Assembly: GCA_015060065.1 (NCBI GenBank)
Contig: SUZF01000008.1
Location: 19,316 to 83,315 of the forward strand
Length of the DNA stretch: 64,000 nucleotides
Direction of reading: 5' to 3'
Source: Rikenellaceae bacterium
GTDB taxonomy: Bacteria > Bacteroidota > Bacteroidia > Bacteroidales > Rikenellaceae
Made by a program: the position numbers and the translations under genes
Notes under the pieces: model-generated
What the model saw: the letters and a program-made list of their open reading frames with translations, nothing else
What the model was told of the DNA's origin: nothing
Databases searched by the model: none
Part shown: positions 58,617 through 64,000 of the stretch, piece by piece
How positions within the stretch are numbered: the first letter of the stretch is position 1
Layout of the letters: each line of letters opens with the position of its first letter

Positions 58617-60500
58617 ATGAATCTTCACTACGATATAATTGTTGTCGGAGGCGGACATGCCGGCTGTGAGGCTGCGGCTGCGGCTGCCAACCTCGGCTCG
58701 CGCACGCTGCTGCTCACGATGGATATGACCAAGTTTGCCGCAATGTCGTGCAACCCTGCGGTCGGAGGCGTCGCAAAGGGTCAGATTGTACGCGAAATCG
58801 ATGCTCTGGGCGGTCAGATGGGTCGTATTACAGACCTCTCGACCATCCAATTCCGAATGCTCAACCGCTCAAAGGGTGCGGCTATGTGGAGCCCGCGCGC
58901 ACAGTGCGACAAGGCTCGCTTCTCGGAGGAGTGGCGCAGAACGCTCGAAAACACACAAAACCTCTATATTTGGCAAGATACGGCAGATGGGCTCCTCTTC
59001 GACACCGAGGGAGAAAAACCCCGAATAACAGGCGTCAAAACGCGAATGGGCGTAACATTCACGGCTGATGCCGTAATCCTTACCAACGGAACATTCCTAT
59101 CGGGTCTGATGCACTGTGGCCGCTCGAATGCCGAGGGAGGCAGGGCTGGCGATGCCGCCTCATTCGGTATTACCGAACAACTCATCGCTTTGGGCTTCGA
59201 AGCAGGAAGAATGAAGACAGGAACACCTGCCCGTTTAGATGCCCGCACCATTGACTTCGAGCGACTCGAACCGCAATATGGCGATGAAAAGCCTTCGAAA
59301 TTCTCGTTTTCGCCTGATACCGAGCCTGTTAAGCACCAACTACCATGCTTTTTGGTCTATACATCAAAGGCTGTTCATGACACTCTGCGCACAGGCTTCG
59401 AGGATTCGCCCCTCTTCAATGGCACGATTCAGGGCATAGGGCCACGCTACTGTCCGAGTATAGAGGACAAATTGCGCACCTTTGCCGGCAAGGAACAACA
59501 CCAACTCTTTCTTGAACCGGAGGGTCGTACCACCAACGAATATTACCTTAACGGGTTCTCGTCTTCGCTGCCTTATGAGGTGCAAATCAATGCGTTACAC
59601 CAAATAGAAGGTCTTGAAGACGTGCATGTCTATCGTCCGGGATACGCCATCGAGTATGACTACTTCCCGCCAACACAACTGCACCACTCGTTGGAGACGA
59701 AACTTGTTGATAATCTGTACTTTGCGGGGCAAATCAATGGTACAACAGGCTACGAAGAGGCTGCGGCACAAGGACTTATGGCAGGCATTAACGCCCACCG
59801 ACGACTGCACGGCGAAGAGGCTGTTGTCCTATCCCGCGACGAGGCTTATATCGGAGTCTTGATTGATGACCTCGTAACCAAGGGAGTCGATGAGCCATAC
59901 CGAATGTTCACGTCGCGAGCCGAGTATCGAATTTTGCTACGACAAGACAATGCAGATGTAAGATTGACTCCGATTGGATATAAAATTGGTCTTGTTTCCG
60001 AAAAACAGTACCAGATTTTGCTCAAAAAAAATCAATCCGTAGAATCGCTTATTTCGTTCGCTCACGAACAGAGTGTCAAAGCAAGCGAAATTTGCGACTA
60101 CTTAAAATCTGTAAATTCGGAGCCATTAACGCAAGGTCGCAAACTTTATGACATTATTTTGCGCAACGAAACAACCATTGCCGGACTGCGCACTGCCCTG
60201 CCGAAACTCGACAAATTCATCCTTCGCGAAGAGATTTCGGACGAAGCAATCGAGGAGGCGGAGATTTTGATTAAGTATCGCGGCTACATCGAGCGCGAAA
60301 AGATGATTGCCGAAAAGTTAAAAAGGCTCGAAAATATCGCAATTCCCGAAGGCTTTGACTTCAATACAATGAACTCTCTGACCATCGAGGCTCGCCAAAA
60401 ACTCTCGCGCATCGCCCCCAAAACCATTGGTCAGGCATCGCGAATCCCCGGCGTTTCGCCCGCAGACATCAATGTATTATTGATAAAATTCGGAAGATAA
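58617..60500 (+). CDS. mnmG: tRNA uridine-5-carboxymethylaminomethyl modification enzyme MnmG (GidA)
   Basis: VVGGGHAGCEAA, SCNPAVGG.AKG, GPRYCPSIEDK, AGQINGTTGYEEAA, YRMFTSRAEYR. Confidence 0.97.
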   Translation: MNLHYDIIVVGGGHAGCEAAAAAANLGSRTLLLTMDMTKFAAMSCNPAVGGVAKGQIVREIDALGGQMGRITDLSTIQFRMLNRSKGAAMWSPRAQCDKARFSEEWRRTLENTQNLYIWQDTADGLLFDTEGEKPRITGVKTRMGVTFTADAVILTNGTFLSGLMHCGRSNAEGGRAGDAASFGITEQLIALGFEAGRMKTGTPARLDARTIDFERLEPQYGDEKPSKFSFSPDTEPVKHQLPCFLVYTSKAVHDTLRTGFEDSPLFNGTIQGIGPRYCPSIEDKLRTFAGKEQHQLFLEPEGRTTNEYYLNGFSSSLPYEVQINALHQIEGLEDVHVYRPGYAIEYDYFPPTQLHHSLETKLVDNLYFAGQINGTTGYEEAAAQGLMAGINAHRRLHGEEAVVLSRDEAYIGVLIDDLVTKGVDEPYRMFTSRAEYRILLRQDNADVRLTPIGYKIGLVSEKQYQILLKKNQSVESLISFAHEQSVKASEICDYLKSVNSEPLTQGRKLYDIILRNETTIAGLRTALPKLDKFILREEISDEAIEEAEILIKYRGYIEREKMIAEKLKRLENIAIPEGFDFNTMNSLTIEARQKLSRIAPKTIGQASRIPGVSPADINVLLIKFGR

Positions 60501-60522
60501 TAGCAGAACAAACGGTTTTTAC

Positions 60523-60564
60523 AAAAAGAAAGGCGGGGTGTACAATACACCCCGCCCTCTTTTT
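60523..60564. terminator. Bidirectional terminator between mnmG and ilvE
   Basis: A-run, GGCGGGGTGTA-CAA-TACACCCCGCC, T-run. Confidence 0.8.
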
Positions 60565-60579
60565 GTTCCACGTGGAACA
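60564..60579. promoter_or_regulatory. parS centromere-like site
   Basis: Perfect 16-bp palindrome TGTTCCACGTGGAACA matching the ParB-binding consensus, intergenic, next to mnmG. Confidence 0.85.
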
Positions 60580-60593
60580 CCGTAAAATAGATA

Positions 60594-61610
60594 CTATAAC
60601 ACGACCTCGCGAGTCCAGCCAAAAACATCTTCGGCACGACCATATTGTATGTCTTGCAGCGCGTTATACATCTTCATAGACCACTCGCCCACCTCGTTGC
60701 CGAAGTTATAAATGTCACCCGTCTGCATATCAACAATCTTGCCGATGGGCGAAATTACAGCAGCGGTACCGCAAGCGCCCGCCTCTTCAAAGGTCGAAAG
60801 CTCCTCAATCGGCACTGCGCGCTCTTCAACCTTCAAGCCAAGATGCTCGGCAAGTTGGCGAAGGCTTTTGTTAGTAATCGATGGTAAAATCGAGCCTGAT
60901 TTCGGGGTGACATAACAACCGTCTTTGATTCCAAAGAAGTTCGCAGCACCGCACTCCTCTATATATTTTCGCTCGGCAGCATCCACATACAGCACGTTAG
61001 AAAATCCCGCCTTGTGCGCGCGCTCACCAGAGTAAATGCTTGACGCATAGTTACCTCCGACCTTAACCTCACCTGTTCCACGTGGAGCAGCACGGTCAAA
61101 TTCGCGGTCGAGAAGCACCGAGATTGGCTTAATACCCTCCTTGAAATATGCGCCCACAGGAGTACCGAAAACAATCAAGGTTGCCTCCGTTGCCGGACGC
61201 ACACCCAACACAGCATTCGAGCCAATCAACAACGGACGAAGATAGAAAGAGGCTCCCGTACCATACGGAGGAATGAAACGCTCATTGCGACGAACAACCT
61301 CTTCGCACGCCTCGACAAACAACTCTATCGAGGGAACGGGCAGGCAGAGTTTGCGAGCCGAGGCCTGCATTCGCTTGGCATTCTCCTCGGCACGGAAAAG
61401 ACGAACCTTACCATCCGCACCTCTAAAAGCCTTCAAGCCCTCGAAGAGTTCAAGACCATAGTGCAAACATGCCGCAGAGATGTGCATCGGAATATACTCG
61501 CTATCGCTAAACTCCAATTCACCCCACTTGCCATCACGAAAACTGCATCGAACATTCCAATCGGTTTTGGTGTAATTAAACCCCAATGAAGCCCAATCTA
61601 AATTTTCCAT
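60594..61610 (-). CDS. ilvE: Branched-chain amino acid aminotransferase
   Basis: LHYGLELFEGLKA, YLRP, KVGGNYA, EECGAANFF, ILPSIT, GTAAVISP. Confidence 0.95.
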   Translation of the reverse strand: MENLDWASLGFNYTKTDWNVRCSFRDGKWGELEFSDSEYIPMHISAACLHYGLELFEGLKAFRGADGKVRLFRAEENAKRMQASARKLCLPVPSIELFVEACEEVVRRNERFIPPYGTGASFYLRPLLIGSNAVLGVRPATEATLIVFGTPVGAYFKEGIKPISVLLDREFDRAAPRGTGEVKVGGNYASSIYSGERAHKAGFSNVLYVDAAERKYIEECGAANFFGIKDGCYVTPKSGSILPSITNKSLRQLAEHLGLKVEERAVPIEELSTFEEAGACGTAAVISPIGKIVDMQTGDIYNFGNEVGEWSMKMYNALQDIQYGRAEDVFGWTREVVL

Positions 61611-61639
61611 ATTGTTGATTTTTAGGTTGTTATCTATTT

Positions 61640-63685
61640 TTATCCTACAATGGAGCCACTGCCCACCTTTGAACTTGGCTGCAACAGCACAAGTTTTCCG
61701 GTTGCATCCTCGCCCATCAAAATCATTCCTCGCGACAAGATTCCCTTAATCTCGCGCGGTTCGAGATTCACAAGCACCAGAACTTGCTGACCCACAAGTT
61801 CTTCGGGCGAGAAATACTCCGCAATACCCGACACCAACTCGCGAGTATCGATACCCGTATCCACGGTCAAGTGCAGCAACTTCTTGGTCTTCGGCACGCG
61901 CTCTGCCGACAGGATGGTCGAAACGCGGATGTCCGCCTTTCCGAAGTCATCAAACGAGATGTTCTCCTTCTGCGGCTCCACGGGCGCCTCGGCAGCGGCA
62001 GCGGCTATATTCGCCTGCTTTGCTGCTTCGAGTTTGTCGAGTTGCTTCTGGATTACATCATCCTCAATCTTCTCGAAGAGCAACGACGGCTCCCCTATCG
62101 TGTGACCGGCCTCGATAAGCGACATCTCGCCTATACGCTCCCAGTCGAGATGCTCGACAGCCAACATCTTCAAAATCTTCGCTGCCGTGAAGGGCATAAA
62201 CGGCTCCACGACAATCGCCAGATTGGCAGTAATTTGAAGAGCAATGTTAAGAATTGTCTTAACTCGCTCTGTATCAGCCTTTATCAACTTCCACGGCTCG
62301 GTGTCGGCAAGGTATTTATTACCAATTCGTGCCACGTTCATCGCATCCTTCAATGCCTCGCGGAAGCGATAGTTTTCGAGATTAGATTCGAGCGAAGCCT
62401 TGATTTGCGACATCTCGGCAATGGTCTCGCGGTCGTAATCCGTAAGTTCTCCGCAAGCGGGCACTACCCCATCGTAATACTTCTTGGTCAGCACCAACGC
62501 ACGATTCACGAAGTTGCCAAGCACCGCCACCAACTCGTTATTGTTGCGAGCCTGATAATCCTTCCACGTGAAGTCGTTATCCTTGGTTTCGGGAGCATTC
62601 GCGCAAAGAACATAGCGCAGGACATCCTCCTTGCCGGGCATATCCTCCAAATATTCGTGCAACCACACCGCCCAATTTCGCGACGTCGAAATCTTGTCGC
62701 CTTCGAGATTCAGGAACTCGTTTGCAGGTACATTTTCGGGAAGAATATACTCTCCGTGTGCCATCAACATCGAGGGGAACACGATGCAGTGGAAGACGAT
62801 ATTGTCCTTACCGATAAAGTGTACCATCTTGGTATCTTCGCTCTTCCAATACTTCTCCCAATCGGGCGTAAGGTCCTTTGTAGCAGATATATAGCCAATC
62901 GGAGCATCAAACCAGACGTACAATACCTTACCCTCGGCACCCTCAACCGGCACGGGAATACCCCAATCGAGGTCGCGGCTCACAGCACGTGGTAGCAGAC
63001 CTCCGTCGAGCCAACTCTTGCACTGGCCATATACGTTAGACTTCCACTCCTTATGACCCTCCAAAATCCACTTGCGCAAAGCCTCCTCGTGTTGGTCGAG
63101 GGGCAGGTACCAATGTTTGGTCTCGCGCTTCACGGGAACGGCTCCCGACACGGCACTGCGCGGATTTATCAACTCATCAGGCGATAGGGTAGATCCACAC
63201 TTCTCGCACTGGTCGCCATACGCACCTTCGCTTTGGCAGCGGGGGCATGTGCCGACAATGTATCGGTCAGCGAGGAAGGTCTTTGCCTCCTCATCGTAGT
63301 ATTGCATCGAACTCTTCTCGATAAATTTACCCTCATCGTAGAGTTTGCGGAAGAAGTCCGACGCGGTCTTGGCGTGTGTCGGTGACGTTGTGCGCGAATA
63401 GATATCGAAAGAGATGCCGAGTCCCTCGAATGCGTTTTTAATGATATTGTGGTAACGGTCAACGATTTGCTGCGGTGTTACGCCCTCCTTACGGGCCTTA
63501 ATCGTAATAGGCACACCGTGTTCGTCACTACCGCAAATCGAAATCACATCACGACCCTTCAAACGCATGTAGCGCGTGTAAATATCCGATGGAACATACA
63601 CTCCCGCAAGGTGTCCGATATGCACCGGACCGTTGGCATAGGGTAGAGCCGACGTAATCAAATACCGTTTGTAATCTTTTGCCAT
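61640..63685 (-). CDS. metG: Methionine--tRNA ligase with C-terminal tRNA-binding domain
   Basis: [11 protein letters not shown], zinc knuckle [24 protein letters not shown]-terminal OB fold. Confidence 0.97.
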   Translation of the reverse strand: MAKDYKRYLITSALPYANGPVHIGHLAGVYVPSDIYTRYMRLKGRDVISICGSDEHGVPITIKARKEGVTPQQIVDRYHNIIKNAFEGLGISFDIYSRTTSPTHAKTASDFFRKLYDEGKFIEKSSMQYYDEEAKTFLADRYIVGTCPRCQSEGAYGDQCEKCGSTLSPDELINPRSAVSGAVPVKRETKHWYLPLDQHEEALRKWILEGHKEWKSNVYGQCKSWLDGGLLPRAVSRDLDWGIPVPVEGAEGKVLYVWFDAPIGYISATKDLTPDWEKYWKSEDTKMVHFIGKDNIVFHCIVFPSMLMAHGEYILPENVPANEFLNLEGDKISTSRNWAVWLHEYLEDMPGKEDVLRYVLCANAPETKDNDFTWKDYQARNNNELVAVLGNFVNRALVLTKKYYDGVVPACGELTDYDRETIAEMSQIKASLESNLENYRFREALKDAMNVARIGNKYLADTEPWKLIKADTERVKTILNIALQITANLAIVVEPFMPFTAAKILKMLAVEHLDWERIGEMSLIEAGHTIGEPSLLFEKIEDDVIQKQLDKLEAAKQANIAAAAAEAPVEPQKENISFDDFGKADIRVSTILSAERVPKTKKLLHLTVDTGIDTRELVSGIAEYFSPEELVGQQVLVLVNLEPREIKGILSRGMILMGEDATGKLVLLQPSSKVGSGSIVG

Positions 63686-63919
63686 AGTTTGGTCTCGTTA
63701 AAATATAAATCCAAAATTCCACCCAAAAATAACAATTTTTGAGATAATATCGAAATTTGGCGACAAGTTATTACAAATTTTCTTTTCGGGCAGAGATTTT
63801 GTCCGCATCCGCGAAAAAATAAAAAACTATATATTCGCCCCAAAGAGAGCAACTACCGCCAACTTTTCTTATATTTGCAGTAACAAACGGATGTGTAAAC
63901 CCATAAATATTTATAGAGT

Positions 63920-64000
63920 ATGAAATTTTTGAAAGTTTTTCTTGCCGCGCTTCTTGCCGTTGTTGTCGGAGGCGTTTTGTCGAGTTTGTTATGGATCTTT
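63920..64000 (+). CDS. Start of a membrane protein, possibly signal peptide peptidase SppA (3'-truncated)
   Basis: MKFLKVFLAALLAVVVGGVLSSLLWIF; TATATTTG at 63870-63877; only 27 codons visible. Confidence 0.45.
   Translation, partial: MKFLKVFLAALLAVVVGGVLSSLLWIF

Overview
Chromosomal backbone of a Bacteroidota genome, most like Alistipes/Rikenellaceae (TAnnTTTG -7 promoter boxes precede most transcription units; gene content and operon order fit). About 47 CDS, mostly housekeeping (nfo, topA, queA, truB, uppP, kbl, polA, glf, tsaB, smpB, recG, ispG, rsgA, pheS, ybeY, mnmG, ilvE, metG), plus one tRNA-Ser(GGA), a cobalamin riboswitch heading a B12-uptake operon (two surface lipoproteins, btuG, btuB), GH97/GH109/GH2 enzymes and a perfect parS palindrome beside mnmG. 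No integrase, transposase, reverse transcriptase, phage gene or CRISPR array was seen. The most unusual signals are small or non-coding. (1) A family of about 180-450 bp modular foldback repeats, built from 7-mer and 9-mer tandem units plus C-GNA-G-capped hairpins, sits directly behind stop codons. (2) tRNA-Ser is followed by repeats that mimic a tRNA T-arm with the loop replaced by a hairpin. (3) An unannotated 36-aa YxxP-type peptide gene is the first ORF under the B12 riboswitch, ahead of a fimbrillin-like/DUF4465 fusion lipoprotein. (4) A candidate ~130-nt stable RNA has a tRNA-like 3' domain. (5) The GH2 protein appears to have lost both catalytic glutamates. All family assignments are from motif recognition by eye; no database searches were run.
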